Below, piece by piece: positions 1 to 13,024 of a DNA stretch of 64,000 nucleotides. The notes beneath the pieces were generated by a model, which saw only the letters and a list, made by a program, of their open reading frames with translations, made no database searches and was not told where the DNA came from. This DNA is from the human T2T-CHM13v2.0 reference genome, Homo sapiens. Positions within the stretch are counted from its first letter, which is position 1. Every line of letters begins with the position of its first letter. The stretch is taken from the NCBI RefSeq assembly GCF_009914755.1, contig NC_060936.1; one strand, written 5' to 3'. The position numbers were made by a program, and so were the translations under genes.

Positions 1-685
1 GCACTGTGACTATGACCCATCAGGGTTCTGAGCAAGGGGTTCATCACTTGTCTAACCTCCAGTGTGATTGGTACCTTGGCTGAGGAAACTTTGCAGGTCA
101 CATTAGCAATGAATTTTGCTGCCTTGTTGGATTGCAATGCTGTGTTTAATTTGCTGACCAATATCATCATCCTTAGATCTTTCTTGATGTTCCTCCAAAT
201 CTCTCCTGCCTGCCAAAGTTCTGTGACTGAGATTATTTCCCTTGGAAAAGATCTTCCGGATGGGTTTGATTTTTTGTGGTCTCTGCCCCATGTTTGTGAC
301 AGGGAAGGGAGGAAATGATTGGATATACTTTCTCTGCAAAGTGTTAATGAAAAAGAAAGGAGGATGAAGATATTTTTCTCTCTCCTATCCACCTTCTCTC
401 CAACATTATGTCTTCTACTTCCAGCCAAGGGTTTATTCCCAAACATCCTGGGCATACTACTTGCATCCTGTGCGGGCCAGTTTTCTTCATTTAGGGAAAA
501 ATTCTGTTCTATGACCACAGTCTGTACCCTTCCCCAGGCCAAACTTACTGTAAATTTTTTTGGTTGGCAAAAGTTAGAAAATTTGGTGAATTTTGTACAC
601 ACTTGCTCCTGGAGTACCTGTCTTCCTGCTGGTAGCTCATTAGTATCGCCTTTCCTGATGGGCTAATTTTTTTTCTCACCCCTAC

Positions 686-847
686 TGGTTAAGAGTGCAG
701 GCTTTGACGTCAGTCCAGCCTGGGTTCTAATCTTTGCTCTAATACTTGTTATGTGACCGTAGGGTTCTCATGAGGATCAAATGAGATAAAGATAAATTAC
801 TTAACACAGTGCTCGGCACAAGTAATCACTTGGTAAATGTTAACTAT
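686..847 (+). mobile_element. MIR SINE (core deleted)
   Basis: tggttaagagtgcaggctttg...tgggttctaatc...tgaggatcaaatgagata...cacagtgctcggcaca...taaatgttaactat matches the MIR 5' and 3' parts. Confidence 0.75.
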
Positions 848-1600
848 GCATAATAGTTACCTAAAGAGGCTTGGAGCAAGGAAAGACATGTTGGAAGTGG
901 AGATGCCATGAAACCTCCAGCATTCTCAGGTGTTGTTACTACGACAGAGCTGAGATCTCAGCCTCTCACCCATTTCTCCATCCTAACAGGCCCAGTCGTG
1001 ATCATAAGTGGAGCCCATCGTGAACCCTGGAGGGGACCCTGGATTCTGGGGTGAGGACCTGCTGCAGGGAGAAATGTGTTCTGCCTGTCCACTCTATGTG
1101 ACATTCCTTGCCATTCTTTGCCTCACTTGTCATTGCTTGCTAGAGATGATGGCCAGTTTTCTGCCTGCCTGGCATTGTTTCCTCCAAGTCACAACTGATT
1201 TATCAAGTCCTTTTTAGTGAGCTCTGGCTTCAGATGCTCTATTCATCCTCTTTTAGACCAAGGCAGTGGCCTCTCACACTTTAGGAGAAACCCACTTCTC
1301 TCAATATCAGCCTCCTGCAAGGCAGGGGAATGGAGACTTTTGCCCCTTGGCTTCCCTTGGCTTTAGGATGCTGCAGTTTAACATTTGCTGGGTTGTTGGG
1401 AGCCAGCACTAGAAGCAGCATCAGCAGTTTCTTAGAATTTCGTTGTGCAGGTTTTCTGAGACTTTAGCACCTTTTTTACTTCCCAAGCCTTTTTCACGTC
1501 CAGATGATTTATGGGATGGGACTCTCTCAGTCACATATCCAGGGAAATTTGCATACTTTGGGAACATTTACTGTGTGTTTTTTGTTTTTGAAATGTTTAG

Positions 1601-1601
<1 letters not shown>

Positions 1602-1636
<35 letters not shown>
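1602..1636. repeat. (TG)17 microsatellite
   Basis: Direct reading. Confidence 0.98.
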
Positions 1637-1639
<3 letters not shown>

Positions 1640-2339
1640 CCTGACTTTGTCTATATGAGGTCATTGATATCCTAACATACTCATTTGACTGACATCCACT
1701 GACATCTGGTCGTCCTTTTTGATAGGGGGATTTTGGCGTATCAGGGACCCAACGGAATAACTAGGACACAGAAGGAAGCACTTAGAGACTTCAGTAGCCC
1801 CAGTTATTGCATCCGGCCAGGAAGCAAAACCCAAATAAAGATGAGGAAGTGGAGAAACAAAGAGCCATGGGTGGCGGGGGGTGGTTTGCAGAGAGTCAGC
1901 AGAATCACAGACCCTCTAAGGCTGCCTAGCATCCCAAACTCCTCATCTTAACTCAGACTTGCAGAGAAGCCTAGACCCTGTACTGGCCCACAGAAGCTTA
2001 CACCAGGCTAATAATATCTAGGATACGTCAAATATAAGTTGAGATTGGCATTTTATTTTCTCCTTAACTATATTTATTCATGCCTATGCCTAAGCAGGGC
2101 ACTCTTAGCAATGTAGAGCCTACTCAGTCTCAGCAGTCTCAGCATCTGCAGCTCCTTAAGCCACCAGGGAGCAAGGAAGCGGAACGGCACAGCACAGAGT
2201 CAGGTGTTGTACGTTCCTGTCAGGGCCTGCTGACTCCCATTTCTTGGAGGTTTGCTTTGCCTAAGATGTTTTTCTATTAGTTCTTAGGCCAGCAGAAAAA
2301 TCCAGCTCTGTTTATATGTGCCATTTTGACTCACCTCAG

Positions 2340-2900
2340 GAAATTCTTCATTGCGTATCAGTGACTGTGGGGGACCCTGATACTTTAGAGATGAAAAGAC
2401 ATCCTCTGCCCTCAGAAAGTTCTACCTGGAATAGAGAATACAAGGAGAACAACAGGGGTGCACACAAGTGCCAGGGGAAAGCAAGGGAGAGCTGCCCACC
2501 TGGGCTGCTGTGAGGTGGGGTGGGTGGGCAGGATGAAGGGGACCAAGACGGCCTCTCAGAGGATGTGCAAAGCCAAAACACAATCTGGAGTGCCTCTGGC
2601 AGATGTCCTGGGAAGAGGGGAGAGTGTGCATGAAGGCTAGAAGTGGAAGAGACCCTGCTACTTTTGCAGAGCTGCCTATGTTGGAGACGTCCATATGGGT
2701 AAGATGTAGAGGGTTGGGGAAGCCGGACTGGAAGAGAGAGGAGGGAAAACAGAAGGGGATGAGTCAAGAGAGGCCATCACCAGGCAGATCTTGAAGGACC
2801 ACATGAGCCAGAGGGGTTTTAACATGCAGGTGATAGGAGGTCTTCTGTGAATTTACAAATCTCCTCTGCCCACCATGTGAAGGAGGGATTAGAAGCTGGA
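2340..2900 (-). mobile_element. L2 LINE remnant
   Basis: gatactttagagatgaaaagacatcctctgccctcagaaag and ttgaaggaccaca...tgcaggtgataggag resemble antisense L2; very diverged. Confidence 0.45.
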
Positions 2901-3600
2901 AGAAAGGCCAGGTCCATCACCATCCCCAGTCTTCACCCTAAGGTGGTTAAAATTGTTTAGTAAGAGGACTCAAGGGCCTCCATTTCCACAGGAACATATA
3001 TACTCTGCAGTGTCAACCAGGGTAGTTAATAATGGCCTGGGATGCCAAGCCAAGCTCACTCAGAACCCATCGCTGGGAGCTGGCTGCCATTCTCCTCTTT
3101 TCTAGGATGGATCCCTGGAAGGGTTAACAAAATGTAAAAGGAAGCAGAGCTTCAGCTATGTGGTATGTGAAAAGATCTTGTGAAAGAAAGCAGCCAGAAA
3201 ATCTCAGGCAGAGAGCAGAGGGAGGAAAAATATGCAGAGGAACAATGGATTATATCAAAAATGTGAACCCTTGTTAGAGAAGACATGTATGACTCACTCT
3301 TCCACCGGGAATTAAGCAGAGGAGAGCATGGTGGCTGCCTGCTGACAAGAAAGGTACAGGGGAATTTCAGTGATCTGCATTTAATTCGTGTCAGCTTGTT
3401 TATGGAGTTAGGCTAAAGTTTAAGGTCAATGCAAGGAATTTGAGCACAAAAGAGAGGAGAAGTTGAGGTATCAGTAATCACTATCCACGGTGATTCAAGT
3501 GATCTTGGCTTATGATACAAAGAGGAGGCTGGGAATAGTATCTTTGGTGGTGTTGCCTTGGGATACAAAGAGTGTCAGAATGTAGTCATCAGGGCAGCCT

Positions 3601-3848
3601 TTTATTAATCACTTAGCATATGACAGACACCGTCCTTAAGCTTTACAGGCCAGTCCCTTGATCTTCACAGTGGCCAGGGAAGGTAGGTCTTATTATTAAC
3701 ATCCCCATTTTACAGATGAAAAAGAAAGCGGAGACCCAGAGCTTATGTAATTAGCTCAAGGTTACACAACTAGTGAACTGATGAGCAAGGATTCAAATCC
3801 AGGCAGTCTGGCTCCAGAGTCATTTGTAATTATCATACAGTGCCTTCT
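3601..3848 (-). mobile_element. MIR SINE, near full length
   Basis: atccccattttacagatgaa...aaggttacacaactagt...ggattcaaatccaggcagtctggctccagag. Confidence 0.9.
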
Positions 3849-4391
3849 CTAGGAATGATCTGGGTAAGCAAGGTCAACCAGTTACATAGTATGAGAATGG
3901 CTGTGCGTGCTGGTCAGAACTGTTCATGGGCAGCATCTGAGCATTTTGATTGCATTTAGGATAGCAGAGTAGTAGGGAAAAGCCACAAGGAGAAAAGCCA
4001 AAACAAGAGCTCTCAAAGCAACACACATAAACAACACAGTGCAGCCTTGCTGGAGGCAGGGAGAACTGGCATCTTCTAGAGAAAGCATGGGCAGGACAGC
4101 CTGGGAGAGGAGGCGGAGGTCATCTGTCTGCCGAGAAGAGAACTCTCCGTGGACAGCATGTGTTGGCGCAGCGGGGGACACAAGGCAAGGACTGGCACAG
4201 GGACACTGCCGCCTAGTGTCCCCAAAGCCTGGTCTTCGGGACTCCGTCCTGACAGTAGGAGTCTGACTGTGGTCAGAACCAGTTCCATCCTGGCCCGGGA
4301 GAGCCGGGGCAAACTTGGCCACAGAAGCATCTCACTGTCTGTGGTTTCTTTAAAGGCCTGAGGTGTCTGATAGTTTCGTTTGTTCATAGCC

Positions 4392-4423
4392 TCTTAGATG
4401 GTAATTGGAATTACCATCTAAGA
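4392..4423. repeat. Perfect inverted repeat, 15-bp arms, 2-nt spacer
   Basis: tcttagatggtaatt-gg-aattaccatctaaga. Confidence 0.97.
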
Positions 4424-6462
4424 TGGAACTGGAAAGAAGTGTCCACCTCTGCTAGTCTGACTCCTTTATTTTATAGACGTTTCAGAATGAGAGGTGCTCA
4501 GCTGGGCCACCTTGCCGGCTGGTAGCAGGGACGGAAGTGAGTCCCTAGTGTCCTGAATCTTGCCACAGCGTTTAATGAGCTGGCTTTTCTGATGGTCTCC
4601 TTTTATAAAGTGCTCAATTCACATAACTAATTAAGTGTCTAGTTATGGATTCGAAATCAATGAGTTCCTGTATTAACAATTTATTTTTTTATTTTTATTT
4701 TTTTTGCTTTATTTCTTGGCTTTTTTTTCCCCCTTTTGCTCTCCCCACCCATTCCATGTCTGACTTCTCCCTTGTTTGGCCTCCTTGTCCTCGTGATTCT
4801 TCTACTCTGCTCTGGGTGATTACTGTTTCTTTTTTCTCCTTTCTGGGCCCTCCTTCCTCTTCCCTCCTTTCCTTCCTTCAGCCCTGTCCCCTTCTCTTTC
4901 TCCCTGTAGTTCTCACACACACACAGGCGGACATGCTCACGCTCACGCTGGCTCACGTTCTCTCTAGATTTAGAGAGAGACAGAGACAGACTGGCTCCAT
5001 CCTCTCCCCCTCAGGAGTGCTAAAAACCAGTCCATCTGCTGTGGATCTGCTTATTATTTGAAAGTTTGCCTTATGGAGTAAGAAGGAAGCTAGGATTCCT
5101 GTATTTTCTCAGTCTCCTCTTTAAACACAGGGAAGTAGATATTTCTCACCTAATAAGCACATTAATAAAAACTTGGCAGGGCACAAGGAAGCCATATTGA
5201 CATTCTCCTTCTAGGAGAATTAGTATAGTGCCTTTTGCAGATGGGCACTTAATGAATTTTTGATGACTGAAGCGATGATGCATGCTAGCCGTGGCTTCAT
5301 CATAAGCTCACTGACTCCATGGACATCAGTCTTCTTTCTTTGTGTTATCTGTCCATGTTGAACTGCAGAGATTTTTGTCAAAAGGAAGAATGAGGATAGA
5401 GAGGTCAGTCAATAATCTCAGGGCTAAAGTTGGAGTCTGAGAGAGGTTCAGGGCTAGAACCCCAAACTTTCAGATCCAAGTGGCCATAACTATGGAGGCC
5501 CGGGGTAGGCTGGGGAAGCAATGGTGTTCGGACTTTGAGAAGGAGGAGCTTCCACCTAGGGCTCCTCCTAAGAGTTCATTCTTTCCTGATGGCTCCCGAA
5601 TGGAATTCCACTGGTGAGAGATTCTCAGTGGTAGCTTCTATTCCTACCTGGACACACCAGAGATGACTAAATGCAATTCAAGTCCTGTTCTTCTTCCTTC
5701 CCAATCCTACCTCATGCAGATCTGATTTTGCACAGGGTCCCACACCTCTCCAGGGAGCCCCTCAAACAGCCTTAGGTAATCTTGCATCTCCATTACCACT
5801 CCCACGCATGCCCACTCCTTCTTTTCAAGTCCAACTTTGCTGAGCCACTGGTCCTCTTGTGCTATGACGTGACGTGAGGTTGGCTGTCTGCACTCCGCCC
5901 TTGTCCAGTCTAGTCTGTCCCCCTGCAGGCCAGAGCTATAAGGGGTATTCCATTTGAGTCAAATTTCAGTTACAAGTTACAAGGCCTGCTCCCCAGCTTC
6001 CCACCACGACTTGGCTGTTCTTCTCCTTTGTGTTTCTTCTCCTTGAAACCATGGGCAAGCCAAAAGCTGGGATTCACAAGGCTAAGGTTCTGGTAGGAAC
6101 TTGGACACATGCCAACTTCCAAACAAGGCTGGCAAGAACAGCCCTCCCTGCTTCATAGCAGGGCTCCATTTGGAAAATGCATATGAAGTCATTTGAAAAA
6201 GTAGGAATGCTCTAGGGAGGAAATATCTTTTTAGTTCTAGTCTTTAGGTCTTTGAGTTAGTGTTTTTACAGTTGGATTGATTGATGAGTAATGTTCTACA
6301 TCCACCCTCCTCGGGAACCACAGATCACATTTTGTTGACTGGTGTTAGTAATGTCTTTGGATGCTATGGAATCAAATTCTTTTTTCCTTGGGGATTAAAT
6401 CCAAAATATAGACCTCACTACCCCACTCACTGCAACTTCCTGAGATAACCTGCCTGCGTAGG

Positions 6463-6809
6463 TACCTTAGTCTGTTCAGCTGCTATAATAAAATACCATG
6501 GCTTGTGAATTTATTTCTCACAGTTTTGGAGGCTGGGAAGTCCTAGATCAGGGTGCCAGCATGGTAGAGTTCTGGTACATGCTCGTTTCCTGATTCATAG
6601 ATGGCCGTCTTTCCACTGTGTCCTCCCATGGAGGAAGGGGTGAGAGAGCTCTCTGTGATCTCTTTTACAACTGCTGTAATCTCCGTCATGAGGATTCTAC
6701 CCTCATGACCTAACCACTGCCCAGATGTCCAAGCTCCAAATACCATCACACAGGGGATAAGGTTTCAACATACAAATTTTTAGGGGGCATAAACATTCAA
6801 CTTATACCA
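6463..6809 (-). mobile_element. MaLR solo LTR, MLT1A/MLT1A0-like
   Basis: cttagtctgttcagctgctataataaaataccat...ttatttctcacagttttggaggctgggaagtcc...ctcatgacctaaccac...aaacattcaacttatacca is the reverse complement of the MLT1A consensus. Confidence 0.88.
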
Positions 6810-7179
6810 ATAGAAGTGAATTATTTGGGCATTTTCCTGGAGTGATGTAAAGGCATTCTTATTTTTCTTGAAGGAGTGGCCAAGGAGTTGCAGAGAAAAG
6901 TGACATTGCCTCCCAAACCTCTCTGCTCCTTCTGTATGAGGTCTTTATCTAGGGCAGAGCTGCCCTCCTGCGGGGGGGGACTGAAAATGAGTAGAAAGGT
7001 TTGGGGCTATCACCGTGACATTGATGCCAGCCCAGGAATACAAAACATTCTGCCATGCAGCTTTCAGTCTGCATTGGAAAGGACTGTCGTGCCCCAAATG
7101 CTGAGAAACACGGCTGGGATGTCGTAAAACCGTAGAGAGATAGAGATGGAAGTCCTCTCAGAGGCCGGAATTCCAAGCC

Positions 7180-7310
7180 TTCCTTTTACAGAGGAGAAAA
7201 TTTTGGCCCAGAAAAGGAAAGTGGGCTGCTCAAAGTCACGCAGCTAGCTAGTGGCAGAGCTGGACTGGAGCCCAGCCCTCGGGTTCCCAGCCCAGCATGC
7301 CTTCCGCAGT
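7180..7310 (-). mobile_element. MIR fragment
   Basis: cttttacagaggagaaaa...gctcaaagtcacgcagctagctagtggcagagctggactggagcccag. Confidence 0.75.
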
Positions 7311-8644
7311 GTTGGTGCGGCAGAGAGCTGGGGAGGTGTGGCTGCAGGGGCACCTTGCTGAGTATGGACTGCAGGCCCGGGCTGGCAGGGCTGCTGGGCG
7401 GCTGCTGATTATATCCGTAATTCTGCCTTCTTAGAGGCAGAGACCCTTGAGCCAACATGTGCCCCCCCAGGCCCACTGCTGCCCAAGGCAGGCTTGGGAT
7501 TGCAGCTTTCCTTTGGAGGAGTAGATTTGCTTGTTTTGCTCAGATTTTCCTTCTGCCTCTAAAAGACACCCCCAAATAACCCTGTGTTCGGGAACAACAT
7601 TCATTAGCTTAATGAAATGTAGTAGCTTCCAGTAGGATGGAAGAAGGGGTCTCTTAGTGAGAGTCCCCTGTTGTGTGCTCTCATGCACGAATGGAGGGGA
7701 GGCTCCGGTTGGGTGGGTGGCAGGAGGCCGGAGGTCTATTCTTAGCTCTGTTGCTATGTGATGTTGTGCAGGCCACTGAGGCTTCTTGTTCTTCCTGGTT
7801 CAATCAGCTCTCAGTATTCTGCCTCCTTTGCCCCGCCTTGGGCATCACCAGCCATGTCTCTTCAAAGTGAGGTGCCTCAGCTGGGTGGGCTGGGGAGGGA
7901 ACACCGGAATATCTAGAAGTATCAGTCAGAGTGCAGGTGGGAAACAAATACCACACTCAAATGAGGTAATTAAGGAGAGTTTAATAAAATAAATATCTTC
8001 GAAGGAGGTTATTGGGCCTTGGGTACCTAATGGTCTGAGAGTCCCTCTATCTCCCCTCTAGAGGCCTTCTTATCCCTTCTAGAGAGGAGGCTCGGGGGCT
8101 GGGTATCTTCCCCTTCCTTCTCTAGATTCACTCTCCAGGCTCCTCCGTCTGCAGTGGTAAGGAATGCAGCCCTGGGCCACCTTGCCTCCAGACAGGCAGC
8201 AGGAGCATGGCACTGGGTCTGATTCCCTGGCCCTCCCCACAGGTCATTGCTGGTTGGCCATATTTCTCCCCGAGGCTACAGCTCCTTTTGGGTGGCTCTT
8301 TCCACACAGCTGTCCCTCTGGTTCTGGGAGCTCTTCTTTCCTGTGCTCCATTTAGGACTAAGGATATGATGAACACAGTGCTGTCTCCCTTAGGGAGCAC
8401 AGAGTCTAGGGGAGGAGGTATCTGCACTTGCTGGGGAATCACTGCTCAGTGAGAAAGATCTGCAGTGATACAGCTTCCCAGCAGCCAGCAGAATGGCAGG
8501 GACAGAAGGCTTCTTAGAGGCAGAGGCCCTTGATTTGACTCTTGGCTAGATCTGGTGGACACAGTCTGCACAGACACTACAGGCAGCAGGAACAGTGCAT
8601 GCAGGGGCGCCACTGAGAACGGGAATGACAAGGTACATTGAAGA

Positions 8645-9225
8645 ACTAAAAATTCTTTTTTATTGCAAATAGTAGAAACTGAACTTAAAGGAGTTAAAGA
8701 GGAAAAAATGAAAAAAGAAATTTGTTGTCTCCAGTATTTGAGAGGTCCAGGTGTGACTGGCTTCAGGCACCCACATTTAACCCTCAGGTTTCTGTCTCTC
8801 TGACTGTCTGAGCTTGCTGTCTCCTAGGCATCTACTTCCTAGGCAGGCTTTCTCCATTATGGAAAGTGGGGTGATGGAGGTGGGGAAGAGGAGGAAGGGG
8901 AGTCGTTCCTGGAGTATTAGGCTCATGTGTTCCATTTAACTAGTGGATCTAGAGAAAGACAGATGCTTCTGTCCCAGTCCCCAGATGACAAATCTCATGA
9001 AAACATGATACTGCTGGGGTCACTGGCCCTCTTAGCCATTGGGGGAGGAAGGACAAGCTTTGGCAAGTTCTGAGCCCAGGCCTATCCTTGGGCAAGTGAA
9101 GGCACAGAGTCAGCACTCTTGTCCCACAGAGGGAAGATTCTCCCCAGGAAAAGAGGATTTTTATTCCCTGAGAAAGGGGTGAAGACAGGGCATTCTGGGA
9201 AGACCAAAAATCAAGCTCCAGTGGT
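8645..9225 (-). mobile_element. Old MaLR LTR (MLT1L/M/N-like)
   Basis: ttttattgcaaatagtagaaact...ctggcttcaggca...aggcaggctttctcc...ttctccccaggaaaa...ctgggaagaccaaaaa pattern of antisense old MLT1. Confidence 0.55.
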
Positions 9226-10004
9226 CCATTTTGCTGGGTAGAGCTGGAGAGCAGAGGCCAGGTAAAGACAGCTTCCCCTGTGGCAATGGGGAGCCCTTGA
9301 AGAACCGTGAGCAGAGGAAAGACTCAGCCAGACTTGCGTTTTTGAGGCATAATCTGAAAAGTAAAGCTAATCTCCAATTAAAAAAAGAAAATAATGAAAA
9401 ACCATATAATACTTCCTAATGCCAAAAAGAAATGTGCTTGGAATGATCTGCTCTTTAAGTTTCCCTGTTCTGCTCTCTTTCCCAAACTCATCCAGGAGAC
9501 CGGCTGCGTCATCTAAGCACAGAGCAGGATCTGCTGGTGTGTATTTTCAAATTGCATTCGATTCTCACTTGCGTAGGGCCTGTTTCAGTCTGGGGCTTGA
9601 GGGCCAGGACCCGTGTGCCTGACTGCTGGGCTGGGCTCAAGTTCAGCCGTCTCTAAAGAGCTAGCAGTATTTGGAGGCATATCCTGGCTGGGACACGGAC
9701 AGGCAGCCTCCCTGAGCTTCTGCTTTCAGCACCCCCTCCTCGTGCGCCTGTGAGTCACACCAGGGCTTTGTCATACTCAACGCAGGTCTAAGCCACACGA
9801 TCCGCTCTCCTCACAGCAGGCAATTGGTCCTGACACTGTCTAATTGCAAAATCATTTTTCGTTTGTCAAGACCCACCTGTCTCTGTGCAAAATAGAGACT
9901 GACAGTCGGGTGGGGGTGGACATGTATCAGTGCAGAGGCAGCAGAGACATTTTGCTGAGTGACTGCTGGGGCAGAGCCTTCTAGAAGGTGATGGGAGGGA
10001 GGGG

Positions 10005-10222
10005 GGCTAAGGGCTTAGACTCTGAAACGGGACTGCCTGGGTTCAACTGCAGATACTGTCCCCGACTAACCGTGTGATCTTGGGCAGGTTGCTTAATTTC
10101 TCCAAGCTTTGACTTTCTTATCTGTAAGATGCAAGATAAGAGTACCTGCCTCATAGCGTGTGTGGATGATATGAGGTGATTATACAGCACTCAGCACAGT
10201 GCCTGTGTCAATAAATGTCAAC
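10005..10222 (+). mobile_element. MIR SINE
   Basis: gactgcctgggttcaa...tgtgatcttgggcaggttgcttaatttctc...tttcttatctgtaagatg...cagcacagtgcctg. Confidence 0.88.
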
Positions 10223-11189
10223 TCTTGTCAGTGTTCCATTTTTCCCACCTTTTGATTAGATAGATTCCTGTTTCGGATTAGATCTCTCCCTGCTGATAGA
10301 TGTTGTTCTCCTCAGGTACTGAACTGTCAGTGGGTGATTGGATTAGCTGGCCCAAGCCTGAAGAAAGGAGGTGAGAAGCTTTCTCTGTGGCTGTGGCCTC
10401 CAGGACACATCCTCATGACCAGACTTCTTTCTTACCGTGAAATTCCCAGCCTGTTTGGAAGGAGTAGAGATAAATACAGAGCTGGAAGGGACATGTTGTT
10501 GATTTAATTTGCAGAAACACTTGGTATACAAATATTTTTACAGGTTCCTTATTTATTAACTCAAGCTACAGGTTGCAAACCTCAATATTTTAATATATCT
10601 CCTCTCCTGGGGTTATATACAGTGAAAACATATGGCTTATGTATCTGACAGAGGGTATTTAGGACTATATATATATTTGGGTTCTAGTTTTCTGGCCTCA
10701 CGGAACTTAGAAATGATCTTTCCTTTCCAGTTTGGACCAATGGAGAAGTAGGACCTCATTGTTGGAAAGATGGGGATCATATTATTAGCATTTTTTAGTG
10801 ATAAAGTAGAACTGGAGAACAAGACTTGACCTGTGGCCACAATAAGGTGTTCTGCGGTTTTATCTCTGAGTTAAATTTGGCCATGTGGTCCGAGGTGGGG
10901 GTGGACACACCTGGCCTCTCACGTAGGGTGGAGTCTCTTGCCACATGGAGGAGGAGGTGGGGCCTCTATGCCCTTGGCTCACACCAACAAGTCCAGAACC
11001 CAGTCTGCTCCTTCCCAGGGTCCCCACTGAAGGAAGTGGCACAACTGGGCACCCACCTGCTGGGGCTGACAGCCTTCCAGCCTCTCTGTCCTGCCGTATC
11101 TATCTCACGTAAACCATTCCTCAGCCCTCTGCTACTCTGACCTGACCCTAGCCACCTTCGTTTTTTGTTTGGCCAACTTCGACACCTTC

Positions 11190-11793
11190 TCAGCTGCTCT
11201 CCTTGCTCCCCTGCTCACCAACATAGTTTCTCCACATGGCAGCCAGAGTGATGGTTTAAAACTACCCATCACCTTATTTTACTCCTCTGCTCCAAACTGC
11301 TCATGGTTTGCTGTTAGAAGCAAAATCTAAGCCCTTCGCCTTTGCCTTGGAGGCTTTTCATGATGGCTACTGCCCACTTCCCTGACCTTATCTCCTCCTG
11401 TCCTCTCACCCCACCCTCATTCACACTGCTTCAGCCATTGTGCCCTTCTTGGGGTTGTGTGGGCACTCCAAGCTCACTCTTGCCTCAGGACCTTTGCACA
11501 GGCCCTTCTCTCTTTGGTGCATTCTCCTCCAGGATCTTTGCCGCATCATTGTATCCAAGTCACCGCTCAACTGCTGCCTCTTCAGAGACACCTACTCTGA
11601 CCACTCTCTAAAGTAGCTGTCCTCTCCATCACAATCTTTTCCTTTATCTCACTTACGTCACTTGTCACGGCTTGCCATTATAGTATGCATTTGTAAATGC
11701 ATATTTGTTTAGAACTTTGATTTCCTGCTATTTCCCCAGAGCCTAACACAGGGCTGGACATCAGGTAGGAGCTCAGCAGATGTGCACTGAGTG
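11190..11793 (+). mobile_element. L2a 3' region
   Basis: ctccacatggcagccagagtgat...cctcaggacctttgcaca...ccccagagcctaacacagggctggac...gtaggagctcag. Confidence 0.8.
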
Positions 11794-11924
11794 TATCACT
11801 TCTGTATCCAGGAAAGTCTGAGAGGGAAAACCCTGAAGGGGCCGAATCACACCTGCTCAGGTCCTTCTTCCAGGCTCCCCGCTCAGTTCAGCTTCTCTTC
11901 CCTTGTGTCACGAAAACAGGAGAG

Positions 11925-12310
11925 AGCTCATTCTCACGATGCTCCAGAGAGGCTGCTTACCACTTTGGGCATTATCACCGGTGCCATTTTACAGATGAGA
12001 AAACCGAGGTTTGGATTAAATCACTTGCCCTAGGTTGTAGAGCTTGGATGTAGCAAAGCCCTAATTCCGATTTATGTCTCCATGCTCTTTGCCTCTCCAT
12101 TCTGTTGCCTTTTGGGTTCAGGTACCTCTAGATTTTCTTCTCTTTTAATCCTCACCACAACCTTATGAGATGCCCATTTTGCAGCTGAGAAAACTGGAGT
12201 TCAGATGGTTTAAGTTTCTTTCCCAGAGTCACCCAGCCTGAAGTGGTACAGCAGAATTTGGAGTACAATAGCTTGGCTCAAAGCCTTTGCTTTCCATCAT
12301 GCTCCACCCC
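11925..12310 (-). mobile_element. Two adjacent MIR fragments
   Basis: Cores ccattttacagatgagaaaaccgagg (about 11985) and cccattttgcagctgagaaaactggag (about 12173). Confidence 0.75.
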
Positions 12311-13024
12311 ATGGCCTCTCCTTTGGAGGCAGAGACTGCCAAAGGGTGCAATGATGCCCACCGTTATCATCGTGACTATCAGTGGCAGGAACAGTAGGGG
12401 CTCTGGAAATGTAATACAAGAGAAGGAGAAGAAGAAAAGGAACAACTGTGGAGGCACTTTGGATTTTTTTCTTGGCTGCAGTAGACTCTCTGAGTAAAGC
12501 CTGAACGGGACGTAATGCCCCTTTAGACTTTGTTTTATTTAATTGTGTACCAGCAGGGTTATGTGGATGAACGAATTAATGAGAGCAAACCCCTTAAAAA
12601 TGCAGGTTTTAGTCTTCACAGGTGTGACAAGCTGCTGTTTGTTTTGCCTTAACTGAATTGAACCACTTAAAAATATTTTCTTTTTTAGGGTTATGATATA
12701 AAATATAATAATCTAGAAAAAAGCAACTCCCCAAATTTGGTTAATTTATGTCGTTCCTCAACTGAATAAGAGTGGACTTTTCTTAAAACGTGTGTGATAA
12801 AGCATCTATTGGGAAAGAAGTATGGGCCATGGATAAACTTCGTCCCTCCTTCACCCCAACCCCTGACAACCTTAAGGAGGGCACCTTCTCCTTTTCCCAC
12901 TATTTCCCCACTGCTGAAGGAAAAGCTGAAATGTAAATATATATGGTTGCTCATTTCTTTTGAGAGCAAAAGTTCACTCTCCCCACTGCAAAGGCAGTCT
13001 TGGTTTCATCACTTTTTCTGCAGA

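Noticed and set aside
9690-9735. REST/RE1 half-sites (cacggacag ... ttcagcacc)
   Set aside because: The halves are in reversed order and about 20 bp apart; not a canonical RE1.
10436-10450. 15-nt minus-strand microexon-like arrangement (ccttccaaacAG|GCTGGGAATTTCACG|GTAAGA)
   Set aside because: A few such acceptor/donor pairs are expected by chance in 64 kb; no supporting regulatory motifs seen, and it opposes the inferred host strand.
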